Assembly (NCBI GenBank): GCA_044229975.1
Contig: JBGARZ010000018.1
Span: 32,001 to 96,000, forward strand
DNA from: Polyangiales bacterium
GTDB lineage: Bacteria; Myxococcota_A; Polyangia; Polyangiales; Ga0077539
Length of the DNA stretch: 64,000 bases
Reading direction: 5' to 3'
In this document: in pieces, positions 39,940 to 50,292 of the stretch
How the letters are laid out: each line of letters opens with the position of its first letter
How positions within the stretch are numbered: position 1 is the stretch's first letter
Program-made: the position numbers and the translations under genes
Notes under the pieces: generated by a model
Told to the model about the DNA's origin: nothing
What the model saw: only the letters and a program-made list of their open reading frames with translations
Databases searched by the model: none

Positions 39940-41700
39940 ATGACACCCGAAAACCATCACCGCGAGGTCGGCAACGGACCTTATCGGAGCGTCACCGTCC
40001 AGTCGCCGCGAGCGGCGAGGCGCGTCGGTCGCGTCGTCGCGGTTGGGCTCGCGCTCGCGGCGGTGACGGCTGCGGCAGTGATCGGGTGGCGTTTCGACCG
40101 CGCGCGGCGCACGCGAGAGGCGCAGCGGGTCGCCATGGCGCGCGCGGTCGCGGAGCTCGTCGCGCTGTCTCACGCCGGGACGATGGCGGGCGGCCCGCAG
40201 ATCACGATCGTCGAGGGCGAAGGGGACCGCGCCATGGTGGTGCGCCTCCCGGGCGTGCTGGTGCGCCGGGGCACCGACGTGGTGCGGCGGGCGGAGGTGC
40301 TGCGAGCCCCCGGCGTGATCGCGCTGATGCCCGACGGGGCGTGGGCTGTCCGCCGCGACGGCAACGTCATCATGGTCGGCGACTGGATGGCCGACGGGTG
40401 CGCCCATGGGCACTGCGCCCCGCAGCGCGTGGCTGGACACGGAAGGGTGTTGCAGGTGGGCCGCTTCTTCCATGCCCGCCTGGAGGACGGCACGGTGGGA
40501 TCGATCGATGGTCGGTCGTACCTGCGAGGCGGAGCGGACCAGTCTCGGCGCGTCGTCGACCTTGGCGTGTCGGGTGGCACGCTGCTGGATGACGGCGACG
40601 TCGAGTTCGACTTCCCCCACAGCTGCGGGACCGGTCACGTGTCGCCCGATCTGAGGTCGTCGGCCCTGCGCGTTCCGCGCCCCGTCCAGCTCGTGAAGAC
40701 CCGCGTCCGTGAGTTCGGCGGCCTTGTCTGCGCACGCGGCGAGCGCGGCGACTTCGCGTGCGGGACGCCCCACCGCGAACGTCCCGGCGATCCATCGCAG
40801 CTCCGCCCCGTGCGCATCGACGGAGCACCGCGCGCCCGCCAGGTCGCGCTGAGCAACGCCGACCTCTGCCTCCTGGGCCTCGACGGAACCCTCTCCTGCG
40901 TCGTCGGGCCGGCCGACGACCTCGCCTTCGACAACATCGACGTCCTCGGGCATCGGATGCGCCGCGTGCTCGAAGGCGTGACGGAGGTCGCTCTCTCGGA
41001 CGACGTGGGCTGCGCGCGCCGGTCGGGTGAGGTCGTGTGCTGGGGGCAGCCGCTGCGGGACGGCGGGGTTGTGCGGCGCGACGCAGCGGTCGAGATCGCG
41101 GGGCTCGACGCGGTCGAGCGTCTGGTGACCTTCGGTGACTACGTCTGCGCTGTGCAGCGCGGGGCCGTACTCTGTTGGGGCGCTTTCGCGCCGAACAGCC
41201 CTCCGCACCCGCGCCCTGCGACCGTCGCCCTCGCCGGCCGCGCCGTCGAGCTCACGGTGAGCAGTCATCGTGGAGCCCTATGCGCAACCCTCGCGGAGGG
41301 GGCGGCCCGCTGCTGGGAGGGCGACCCGTTCACCGCGTCGTCCCGCGACGCGACGCCCGACGACATCCTGGTGATTCACGATGCGACGACGACATCGTCG
41401 CTGCGCCTGTTTCGGTGCGACGTGGCGCCGGGCGGTACCGTCACCTGCTATTGGGACGCCTCGCAGTACGGGGCGGGCCGCGACTCCGTGCTCGTGGGCT
41501 ACGACGAGCCGCCGGTGGTTCCAGGCGTCAGCGACGCGGTCGAGGTCGCGGTGACCTACCAGGGCCTCGCGTGCGCCCGCCGTGCGTCGGGCCGCGTTTC
41601 CTGCTGGGGGATCAACGTGGGCGGTGTGCTGACGTCGGGGGAAGGCGACTCGCCACGGCTGTTCACGCTGCGCGAGCTCCTGGCGCGGTCCGGGGGATGA
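39940..41700 (+). CDS. Membrane-anchored RCC1/BLIP-II-repeat protein, paralog of 13785-15944
   Basis: GPYR then a TM; CARRSGEVVCWG...GGVVRR...DAVERLV and CARRASGRVSCWGIN. Confidence 0.85.
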   Translation: MTPENHHREVGNGPYRSVTVQSPRAARRVGRVVAVGLALAAVTAAAVIGWRFDRARRTREAQRVAMARAVAELVALSHAGTMAGGPQITIVEGEGDRAMVVRLPGVLVRRGTDVVRRAEVLRAPGVIALMPDGAWAVRRDGNVIMVGDWMADGCAHGHCAPQRVAGHGRVLQVGRFFHARLEDGTVGSIDGRSYLRGGADQSRRVVDLGVSGGTLLDDGDVEFDFPHSCGTGHVSPDLRSSALRVPRPVQLVKTRVREFGGLVCARGERGDFACGTPHRERPGDPSQLRPVRIDGAPRARQVALSNADLCLLGLDGTLSCVVGPADDLAFDNIDVLGHRMRRVLEGVTEVALSDDVGCARRSGEVVCWGQPLRDGGVVRRDAAVEIAGLDAVERLVTFGDYVCAVQRGAVLCWGAFAPNSPPHPRPATVALAGRAVELTVSSHRGALCATLAEGAARCWEGDPFTASSRDATPDDILVIHDATTTSSLRLFRCDVAPGGTVTCYWDASQYGAGRDSVLVGYDEPPVVPGVSDAVEVAVTYQGLACARRASGRVSCWGINVGGVLTSGEGDSPRLFTLRELLARSGG

Positions 41701-42393
41701 GCGATCCGGTCGCATGACCCTGTTTGCGATGCGATCCATCGACACGTGCTCGGCTCACTATGGTTCGTGTGGTGAACGAACCCATCGGGCCAGCTGAGCC
41801 TCCCGCCGAAGTAGGGATGTTCGACTCGTGGGCCTTGGGGGTGACGACGGAACTGGTCGACGCCTTGACTCTCAACCCGCAAGCGCCCTGTCTGCCCCCG
41901 TGCGAGCGACGGGCGGGCTATCGGCGGGCGTCGGCCCGTCACTCGGGTCGGGCGCACCGCGAGGGGTCGCAGCCGCCCTCACTCCACCACGCCGGTCTCG
42001 TCGCCGAGTGGTCTCTCCAATAGCCAACCGCGCAGTCAAAGAATGGCATTCCGTACGCATTCAGAGCGGGTCGGGCGGGCGAATCGCCAACCCCGAGGCC
42101 GTGGGCAATCGAGCCCGATCCACGCCCGACTTGACCCTCCCTCAACCATCTCGCAGCCCTCGCGCCAAACACCGCGAGCCGCTCATGCCGGTAGCGCCCT
42201 CCGTCATCGGGCGCCATCGGCAACCAGTGGGTGCCTACGGTTGCCATGAGGCCCAACGCAGCGGCGAAGACGCGAGCGCGGTTCACCATTGGGCGAGGCT
42301 ACCAGAGCGCCCGCACGGGGCGCGAGCGGGCCGCCGCGTGGTAATCGTCGCTCCGCGGGTCGGCAATGGGTCGCCCCCCAATGGAGGCGATCA

Positions 42394-42705
42394 ATGCAAC
42401 GGATCAAGATGGCGGGCGGGATGCTGGTGGGCGCGGTGGTGCTGCACGTCGGGTTCATGGCGTGCTCGGCGCAGAGCCCCACAGGGATGATCGGCAACCT
42501 GCTCGACGCGGGCTCACGCGACACGGGCATCCTCGGCGGGCGAGACGCGCGGGCGCAGGAGATGCCCTGCACGCAGTGGGAGGTGAAGATCAACGCCATG
42601 GTCGCGACGGCGACGCCCACCCCGGTCGAGGCCGGATGGGAGCCCTTCGCGGTTGTCGTCACGAGCGACCGACAGGTCATCCTCCGTCGCTGCACCTCGC
42701 GCTGA
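42394..42705 (+). CDS. Small lipoprotein-like protein with a DUF4177-like C-terminus
   Basis: GGAGG RBS; hydrophobic N-terminus ending MAC; QWEVK...AGWEPF...ILRRC. Confidence 0.7.
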   Translation: MQRIKMAGGMLVGAVVLHVGFMACSAQSPTGMIGNLLDAGSRDTGILGGRDARAQEMPCTQWEVKINAMVATATPTPVEAGWEPFAVVVTSDRQVILRRCTSR

Positions 42706-42729
42706 CGCCCGCGCGGTGTACCGTCGGAC

Positions 42730-43077
42730 ATGGCGACGGAGTGCCAGCGGTGCGTGGCGGAGCGGGAGGCCCGACAGGTGCTCCGCATGGTCCGCGCGGG
42801 GAGCGCGATGACCGCTCTGTTGCTCGCTGCCCTTTGGCACTTCACGGGTCTAGCGAGCGGGGGCAAGGGCGCCGTCGCATGGTTCGCGGGGCCTTTGCTG
42901 TGGTTGGCCCTGGGAGTCGCCGGGCTGGTCTATGTGGTCTGCGCACTGCTCCCTCGCGCGTGGCTCCTACTCTACCGCGCTGGCCTGCCCCGACCCGCGC
43001 CCGCCCCAGATACGCTGACCAGTTACCGCGCGTCCGCGCCCGCCGAGTGCCCCCGCCACCCCTACGAGCGCTTGTAG
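42730..43077 (+). CDS. Small two-TM membrane protein
   Basis: CQRC, two hydrophobic helices, TSYR; TACCGT 5 nt before the ATG. Confidence 0.65.
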   Translation: MATECQRCVAEREARQVLRMVRAGSAMTALLLAALWHFTGLASGGKGAVAWFAGPLLWLALGVAGLVYVVCALLPRAWLLLYRAGLPRPAPAPDTLTSYRASAPAECPRHPYERL

Positions 43078-43405
43078 GGTGCTTCGCCCGGCCAGTGCTC
43101 GCGGTCGCCCGGGGCTCCGCCGACTGCCCCGGTCTGAGCCGGCGTGGCAACCGATGACGCGCTCCGTCACGCGCCCCGGGGCGACGATTCCGCCAATTCG
43201 GCCCGCGAAATCACATGGGTTTTCGGTCGGGGCGACAACCGGATAGGCATGCCTGGAACCCATGACGAGGACGCTACGTAGCGAGGGATGGAGAGGGGGG
43301 TGTCCTTTCAGCGCGCGGCGCTGACGCGAGGCCGAACGGCGCGCGCTGACCCTGGAATGGCGACAAGACCCTCGTGTCCGACACGGCGGAGGTTGAGCCC
43401 TGCGA

Positions 43406-46078
43406 TCAGGGCCACTCGCAGCGCACTGGCGTCCCGTCGCGGCGCACGCCGTCGACGCCGTCGGCCCCCGGCGCGGCGAGGACCTCCTCCCCCCGCAGCG
43501 ATCGCAGACAGAGCGCGTCCCCGTCGAGCGCGTACTCCGCGAGCGCGGGCTCGGCGTCGGTGGGTTCGTTCGTCGTCGCCATGACCGGGAAGGTGAACGC
43601 GCCGCGCGCCGACGGGCCGCACGCCACCGCCGTCACCAAGCGGGCCAGCACCCGCGGGGCCTCTCCCGGGGCACCACCCACGACGCTCCCGTCGGGACGC
43701 TTGCGCGCGACGCCCGCCGCGCCGTCGAGCACGTAACAGCCCGGCGGCCAGTCGTGCGCGAGGGACACCCGGCGCACGCCCGCCATGGCCCCCGCCCGCA
43801 GCACCACGAGCCGCGCGCTCAAGCGGTCTTCGAGGTCGAACGCGTCTCGCGCGTGCTCATGCACGAGCACGGCGGTGACAGCGCCCTCGCGCGCGACCAG
43901 CGATCGGACGTTCGAGGGCGACCCCGTCGCGAGCCATGTGGGCAGCGTTTCGATCGTGCGCGGAGGCTCCTGCGGCGAGAGCGCGAGCAGGCGCACGCGG
44001 CGGGCGGAGGACGTCGCGTCCCTGGCCCACGCGAGCACAATCGCACCGCGAGCGTCGGCCGCGACCACCGACCAGATGAGGGCGGCCGTCTCCGCGCCGG
44101 CCCCCGCAGACCGATAGCGCAGGACACGCGGGGCGGGCGACGCCAGGGTCGCGAGCGCGAAGCTCGGCACCTCGATCGAGCCCCGGCTCTCACGCGGCAA
44201 CCCGGCGCCGTGGGTCGAGAGGAAGCGGTCGTCGACGCGCACGGCGGCGCCCATCGGTGACGGAGGCGACCGCGGCGTGCAACGCCACTGCGACCGGTCG
44301 TAGGTGCCCCAAGGCCGCACGACGGCTTCCGCACCGTAGTGCGACGCAGCCGGGCGCCCCCAGCCGATCACGCGGCTGTTCCAGTCGTGGTTGCGCCGCC
44401 AGCTGACGGCGTCGCACGAGAGGTGCGGAGCTGCTGTGAGCGGGTCCCCGGCGACGGTTACGAAGGCCGGGTCGCTCGTGTCGGACGCCACGCGCTGCCA
44501 CTGGTCCTCAGGGCCGCGAGAGATCCACGTGTAGCCGTCGGGCGAGGCGCTGACGGCGGCCCCGTCGTCGCCGCAGAACAGGAAGCTCACGCGGTCGTCG
44601 TCGGACCCGACCCACGGCGGCCGCGCCCGCTCGGCGAAGGGCCCGCCGGGTCGTCCTTCGAGCGGCACGAAGCGCTCCCCGTCGGCCCGCGCCGCCCAGA
44701 AGCGCAGCCGCCCGTCTTGCCCGAGTCGCGGCGGACGCAACTCACGGAACCCCCCCCACGCGGGATCGGGCGCGAGTCGCGCAGGCGCCCCCTCCCCACG
44801 TCGCACCTCGGCGTGCGCGAGCCACTCCCGCCCGTCGAGCAGCACCGCCGTGTCCCCCTCGTAGCCCGCCACGCGCCAGCCGCGGTCCGCCGCTCCAGCG
44901 CTCCACTGCCGCCGCGCGCCGCCCGCCGTGCCTTCGCAGAACCACGCAGCGTCCCCGCACCCGGTCCCCGCGTCGCAGCGCCCCGCGCAACTCACCCGCG
45001 CGCCGTCCGCGCTCGCCGCGCACCCGGTCTCGCCGCCGCAGCGCCACGTCGTGAGCCGCTCCTGCCATCGGCCGTCGGGCGCGAGTGAGCGCAGGACCAG
45101 CGCGCCGCGAGCCGCCGGGCACCGCAGGTACGGTCGGTCGGCCACGAAGACGTCGTCCGGGCCCTCCACCTCGCAGGGGAGATCGGCCTCGGTGCCCGCG
45201 ACGATCTCGTCGCGCTCCAAGTCATAGATCATTGACCTCGCGCCGCGCGGCTCGGGCTGCGTGGTCGCGCGCGTCCAGGCGAGCACCTGTCGTCGGGTGG
45301 CGTCCGTGAACGCGAGCGGGACCAGCGTCCGGTCGGCGTGCGGGGTGCCGATGCGGTGCAGTGCGGCGTCGACGGCATCCTCGGGCGTCGTGGCGTGTAG
45401 TAGCGGGAGCGTGTCGCACGAGACAGGAGCGACCGTCGCGTCGGCTCGAACCTCGTAACAGGCCTCGTCGCCGCGCACCCAGCGTCGGCCGTCGAGGGCG
45501 ACCACTTCGAGCGCCGCGTCGTCGCCCAGCGGGAGGGGCGACCAGTGCGCGCCGCCGTCGTCGGTGAGGAGCGCCCGCCCCGGTTCGAGGACTGCGAGCC
45601 CGTGGCGCTCGTCGCCGAAGGCCGCGTCGATCACCACGCCCGGCGGCAGCGTGAGGCCCTCGACCGCGCCGTCGCGCACGACCGTCGTCCGCCCGCTCCC
45701 GAGGCCGAGCGTCGCGGCCGTGATCTGGGTTCCGCGCCGCAGCACGCCGAGGAACGACGAGGCCTCCCACCGCCCCGAGCGTCCGACGAACTCCCAGTGG
45801 CCGTCGCGCTCCCACACGGCGGACAGCAGCGCGATGAGCTGCCCGTCGGCCCGCGCGACGGAGGCGCCGTCGACCTCCAGGCGAACACCGTCCACGATGG
45901 CCCGCTGGGGCCGCGACCGCTCGTCGACCCACCACGAGCGAAACACGCCACCGCCCCGCACGAAGTAGCGCGCCGTGGGTTCGGGGGGCGCCGCGGGCGG
46001 GCGGCGAACGACGACCGGACGCGAGCTTGCGTGTCCACAGGCCGTCAGGAGGAGGGCCGCGATCCAGGCGTGCTTCAT
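43406..46078 (-). CDS. Family B lipoprotein B3 (890 aa)
   Basis: MKHAWIAALLLTAC; ATGA overlap with A3; all family B motifs. Confidence 0.9.
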   Translation of the reverse strand: MKHAWIAALLLTACGHASSRPVVVRRPPAAPPEPTARYFVRGGGVFRSWWVDERSRPQRAIVDGVRLEVDGASVARADGQLIALLSAVWERDGHWEFVGRSGRWEASSFLGVLRRGTQITAATLGLGSGRTTVVRDGAVEGLTLPPGVVIDAAFGDERHGLAVLEPGRALLTDDGGAHWSPLPLGDDAALEVVALDGRRWVRGDEACYEVRADATVAPVSCDTLPLLHATTPEDAVDAALHRIGTPHADRTLVPLAFTDATRRQVLAWTRATTQPEPRGARSMIYDLERDEIVAGTEADLPCEVEGPDDVFVADRPYLRCPAARGALVLRSLAPDGRWQERLTTWRCGGETGCAASADGARVSCAGRCDAGTGCGDAAWFCEGTAGGARRQWSAGAADRGWRVAGYEGDTAVLLDGREWLAHAEVRRGEGAPARLAPDPAWGGFRELRPPRLGQDGRLRFWAARADGERFVPLEGRPGGPFAERARPPWVGSDDDRVSFLFCGDDGAAVSASPDGYTWISRGPEDQWQRVASDTSDPAFVTVAGDPLTAAPHLSCDAVSWRRNHDWNSRVIGWGRPAASHYGAEAVVRPWGTYDRSQWRCTPRSPPSPMGAAVRVDDRFLSTHGAGLPRESRGSIEVPSFALATLASPAPRVLRYRSAGAGAETAALIWSVVAADARGAIVLAWARDATSSARRVRLLALSPQEPPRTIETLPTWLATGSPSNVRSLVAREGAVTAVLVHEHARDAFDLEDRLSARLVVLRAGAMAGVRRVSLAHDWPPGCYVLDGAAGVARKRPDGSVVGGAPGEAPRVLARLVTAVACGPSARGAFTFPVMATTNEPTDAEPALAEYALDGDALCLRSLRGEEVLAAPGADGVDGVRRDGTPVRCEWP

Positions 46079-48981
46079 CGGGCCTCGCAGCGCCACGGGC
46101 GGAGGCCCTGTGGGGAAGCGATCGTGCCGCGCATCGCACCGTCGGCGCCGGCCTCGACGGAGAGGGTCTGGCCGCGCCCGGACTGCTCCAGGGAGCGAAG
46201 GCACACGCCGCTCTCGCCCGCCTCGACGACGACGGAGGTGCGCGCGGCGGCGATCGGGGGCGTCACCCGCGCGGCCTCTGGGAGGGCGAGGTCGAGGCGC
46301 CACGCATCCGGCGCCGCAGGCGCGACGCACGGGCGCAGCGGTCCCGCGAGGCGCCAGGGCACATGCAGGGGCAGCGCGTCGGGCGACGGCGCGACGGGGA
46401 ACACCGCCACCACGGTCGCGTCACCGCGGGTCGTGAGCAGCGCCGCGCCGCGCACCTCCGCGCGCACGGCGAGCCCGAGCGCCCGTCGCAAGTCGGCCCC
46501 CTGTTCTTCCATGACCGTCGGCGCGAGGCGCGGGTCGTCGTGTTCGAGGAACTGCGAGAAGTGAAGCGTGCGCACCGTGGTGGCGCTCGCGCCATCGGGC
46601 CCTTCGTAGACGGCGACCTCGCCGTCGCGGTCCCCCGACCGGGCGACGATCGCCAGTCGACCGTCGCGCGCCCACTGCGGCGCCGACCACTCGTACGCGG
46701 GGGTCGGAAACGCCAGGAAAACCGTCGCACCGCCCGCGCGGGTGTGCAGCCACGCGTCGTGGGACTCACCCTGCGCCGACAGCCTCACCAGCGCCCGACG
46801 GCGGTCGAGCGCGAAGGCGTGCACCGAGAGCCAGGCGGGGTGCTCCATGTCGCGGGAGAGATCGGTGGTGAGCACGGAGGGCTCGCCGACCGCCGCGTAG
46901 GCGCCCTCCGCGTCGCGGCCGCGCCACGCAAACTGCACGTGCATCAAGGCCCCGTCGCTCCAGACCATTGCGTCGACGCAGCCATCGACCGCGCAGTGAG
47001 AAAGCGTCCGGTGGCGGAAGCCCGCGGGCGCGGCGAGCACCGGAGCGGTCGGCCACGCCTGCACCACGCCCGTGGGCGAGCATTGGAGCGCGGGCACCTG
47101 CCGCGCCTCGAACCACTGGCGCAGCGAAGCGCGCGGCGGGGGTGGCGGTGGCGGCGGGTCGGGCAGCGCCCCGAACAAGCGGCCCGCGTTGGGCGCGAGG
47201 GGCCCCCACCCCGAGACGACGAGACGCCCCCCGAGGAGGCAGCGATCGAGCGTGCATGCGAGCGCGTCGGGAACGAAGGGATGCTCGGCATCCGGTGCCT
47301 CTGCGCCGTCGCGCCCTTCCGGGAGGCGACCGTCGACCGCGGGTAGGGCCTCCCAGTGGCGACCGCCGTCGCGCGTGCGGGCGACGCGCTCGAAGCCGGT
47401 GGACCACGCGTAGCCGTGGGTGGGGTCGGCGAACACGGCGCGGTCGACGCCGGACGGCAGGTCGATGACCACGAGGGGATCGCCGAGCAGGCCCACGGCG
47501 GCGCCGCGGAGCGAGCCCGCGCGGGTGACCAGCGCCGTGACGACACCACCCACGCCGACGGCCGCGGAGACCGTCTCGCCCTCGTTGGCCGTGAAGACCG
47601 GCGTGACCGGGATCGGGTCGGCCGCGGCGCCCACGTCCGCAACGCCGAGGGCGTGCGCGGAGAGACCGAGGAGCGCCCGCGAGCCGCTCAGACCGAGGAG
47701 CGCGGTGTAGGGGCGGGCGACCTGCCGCGTGACCCCCTCCAAGGTCGGTGTGTCGTACCGGCAGAGCGCCCTGTGCGACGGCGTCGCGCCGCACGGGCCG
47801 TCGCCCACCGCGAGGTCGGCGCGGTCGGAGGGCAGCGCGTCCGCCATCCCCGCGGGCACCCGGTCGCTCGGAATGACCTCGCCGCCACCGGCGCGTGGGT
47901 CGACGAAGATCGTCGTCACGGGGTGCGGGTCATCGCTCGTTCCTCCGCCACTGGTGATCCGCACCAGGTGCCCCGCGTTGGCGGTCCCATTCCAGTGGTC
48001 GTCGAGTCGGAAGCGCGTCAGGCCGCGGGCGGTGTGCCCCTCCACAAGGCTGAGGTCGCGCCCGGAGTGCACCACCAGGGTGCCGTCGGGGCGGGCGATG
48101 CCGTGCAGCAGGCCGGTCCACGCCGGGTCGCGGCGGGCGAGGAGCCAGGGCAGGCCGGGTCCGACGCGATGCCATTCCGCCGGCGGATCCCTCCCGGTCG
48201 AGAAGTCGTCGTTGCGCGGGGGCACGTCGATGTCGTCGCGCGGGGCGAGGCGACAGTCGGAGGTGACGACGCTCCTGCCGCCGATGTCCGCAAGTACGCC
48301 GTCGGCGCTGGACCTCAGGCTCGGAGGACCGTGGAGGACACCCCCGACGGCCATCCAGTGCGCGCCGCCGTCGCGGGTGCAACGGAGCGCGCCGCCCTCC
48401 GTCCACGCGACGCCCGCGCGCTCGGACACGAAGAGGATCTCCTCGACGCGCTCGCCGTCGAGCGCCGCGACCGGCACGAAGACGCCGCCGTCACTCATCC
48501 ACGCGACGCGTCGGCGGTCGACGAGCGCGAGGCGTCCGCGCTGCCCCATCCCGTAGTCGAGGCCATGGAAAACGAGACCATCGTGGAAGCCCGGGAAGGC
48601 GCCCACGCGGGTGAGCGGGCCGAGGAAGTCGGGCGCGGCGAGGGCGGTCCCGGCCGCGTCGACGAAGACCCACCCGCGCGCCGTGCGTCCGGCGAGCACG
48701 ATCTCAGCGGCGGGCTGATCGGCCGCCACGCGGACCTGGTCGTCGCGCACCTGGAGGCGGAGCGACCCGAGAGCCACGTCCGCGAAGCCATCGGGCTCGC
48801 GCTGCACGAACAACTCAGGACCCGTGGGGAGCCACGCGAGGCGCGTGGGTGCCTCCCTCACGCCTGCCGTGCTCGGCAGCGGCGCGGGCGAAGGGGCGGA
48901 TGGTGCGGTGGTCGGCCGGGGCAAAGGTCGACAGCCCAGCGCACCGACGAACAGCAGGGCGAGTCCACGAGGTGGTCGCAT
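46075..48981 (-). CDS. Family A lipoprotein A3 (968 aa)
   Basis: MRPPRGLALLFVGALGC; all family A motifs; TATCGT 8 nt before the ATG. Confidence 0.9.
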   Translation of the reverse strand: MRPPRGLALLFVGALGCRPLPRPTTAPSAPSPAPLPSTAGVREAPTRLAWLPTGPELFVQREPDGFADVALGSLRLQVRDDQVRVAADQPAAEIVLAGRTARGWVFVDAAGTALAAPDFLGPLTRVGAFPGFHDGLVFHGLDYGMGQRGRLALVDRRRVAWMSDGGVFVPVAALDGERVEEILFVSERAGVAWTEGGALRCTRDGGAHWMAVGGVLHGPPSLRSSADGVLADIGGRSVVTSDCRLAPRDDIDVPPRNDDFSTGRDPPAEWHRVGPGLPWLLARRDPAWTGLLHGIARPDGTLVVHSGRDLSLVEGHTARGLTRFRLDDHWNGTANAGHLVRITSGGGTSDDPHPVTTIFVDPRAGGGEVIPSDRVPAGMADALPSDRADLAVGDGPCGATPSHRALCRYDTPTLEGVTRQVARPYTALLGLSGSRALLGLSAHALGVADVGAAADPIPVTPVFTANEGETVSAAVGVGGVVTALVTRAGSLRGAAVGLLGDPLVVIDLPSGVDRAVFADPTHGYAWSTGFERVARTRDGGRHWEALPAVDGRLPEGRDGAEAPDAEHPFVPDALACTLDRCLLGGRLVVSGWGPLAPNAGRLFGALPDPPPPPPPPRASLRQWFEARQVPALQCSPTGVVQAWPTAPVLAAPAGFRHRTLSHCAVDGCVDAMVWSDGALMHVQFAWRGRDAEGAYAAVGEPSVLTTDLSRDMEHPAWLSVHAFALDRRRALVRLSAQGESHDAWLHTRAGGATVFLAFPTPAYEWSAPQWARDGRLAIVARSGDRDGEVAVYEGPDGASATTVRTLHFSQFLEHDDPRLAPTVMEEQGADLRRALGLAVRAEVRGAALLTTRGDATVVAVFPVAPSPDALPLHVPWRLAGPLRPCVAPAAPDAWRLDLALPEAARVTPPIAAARTSVVVEAGESGVCLRSLEQSGRGQTLSVEAGADGAMRGTIASPQGLRPWRCEAR

Positions 48982-49084
48982 CGAGCCGAACGATACGCCG
49001 AAGGGTGACGCGGGCGGCGCGCGCGGTGCTCGGCGCATCCGTTCGCGAAGCGTAGGCACGCGCGCTGCACCGCGGCCCTTCCGC

Positions 49085-49972
49085 ATGCGATCGACGATCT
49101 TCTGCGCGCTGTTCTTCTTCACGTCGGTCGGCCGGGCGCAGGGTGTCCACGCCGTCGACTTCGCCAACCGCGTCTGGACCCACACGTGTGTCGGGCGGGT
49201 GCGAACACACCGGGGCGTCTCCAGCGACTGGCAGCCCGGAGGGGACGACCGGGCCTTCCGGGTCGACGCCCCCGTCTTCGGAGACCTCGACGGCGACGGC
49301 CGCGACGAGGCGGTGGTTCGCACGCACTGCGCCCCTGGCTACGTGAACCACTTCGGCGACGCGATCGTCTTCGCGTGGCGCGGGGGACAGCTCCGCGAGA
49401 TCGCGCACCTCGGCGTGCGCGCCGACGGGAGGTCGGGCGATGGCGGGCGCGACACCCTCAACGCCGTCCGCATCGAGGGCGGGGCCATCGTCGAGGAGCG
49501 TCCCGTCGACCGCATCCTCGGATCCGACACGGGCTACGTCATCGTCCACCGCCGGGTGCTGCTCGCCGGCCGGCTTGTCGAGCCCGCTCCCCCGACCGTG
49601 GCCTGTCGGCCCGCGAGCGCCGCGACCTGCGTCCCCCCGGCTGAGCAGTCATCCGAGGTGCACTTCCAGCCGTCGCACATGGCGGCCACGCGGCCGATGA
49701 CCTTCGACGCGAGCGGCGACCTGCCGACGCTCTCGCTCCGGCTCCATGAAGGGCAGGACCTCCACGTCGACTTCTGGTGCGACAGCACCGAGCCCGCGCT
49801 CATGCGCGTCGAGCCCCCCGAGGGCGACGCCGTCGAGAGCGACTCCACCGTGGGGTGGATGCACGCGCTCGTCGAGCGGTCGGGGCGCTACCGGGTCGTG
49901 CTGCGCGCCCGGCAGCCGGTAGGCGTCTGCTACGTGCGGCTCGGCGCCCATGCGGTCGCCTCCGCTCGGTAG
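49085..49972 (+). CDS. Exported protein with an FG-GAP-like loop and a C-terminal PPC-like domain
   Basis: Signal peptide; VDFAN, FGDLDGDGRDEAVV; EGQDL...PEG...SGRYRV. Confidence 0.75.
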   Translation: MRSTIFCALFFFTSVGRAQGVHAVDFANRVWTHTCVGRVRTHRGVSSDWQPGGDDRAFRVDAPVFGDLDGDGRDEAVVRTHCAPGYVNHFGDAIVFAWRGGQLREIAHLGVRADGRSGDGGRDTLNAVRIEGGAIVEERPVDRILGSDTGYVIVHRRVLLAGRLVEPAPPTVACRPASAATCVPPAEQSSEVHFQPSHMAATRPMTFDASGDLPTLSLRLHEGQDLHVDFWCDSTEPALMRVEPPEGDAVESDSTVGWMHALVERSGRYRVVLRARQPVGVCYVRLGAHAVASAR

Positions 49973-49982
49973 AGCGAGGCCG

Positions 49983-50117
49983 TTGGGACGCAACGACTTC
50001 GGGCAGCTCGCCGCCGACGGTCCAACATCGGACGAGGCACGGCCGGTGGTGCGCCTCGACCCCGACGACCAGTACCGGGACGCCTCCTACGACCCACCGC
50101 CGCGCGGCTGGTTGTGA
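49983..50117 (+). pseudogene. C-terminal RCC1-repeat fragment
   Basis: GRNDFGQL...PVVR begins about 10 nt after the previous stop. Confidence 0.55.
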
Positions 50118-50292
50118 GCCCCTTCACCGCGCACGTCGTCCTCGCAAGATTCAGCACCACGCGCCATCCGACCGGGCAGGGGCTTACGCGCTTCGAGCAT
50201 CTCGACGGAAGCGGACGTTCTCGATCTCGACCCCGAGCTCCTCGAAGCTTCGGCGGCCTGCCTCGTTGATCCCCAGGTCCGGGCCTGTCGCA

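Noticed and set aside
41724..42289. ORFs 41724-42023 and 41939-42289
   Set aside because: Weak coding signal and no recognisable motif; may be debris but cannot be supported
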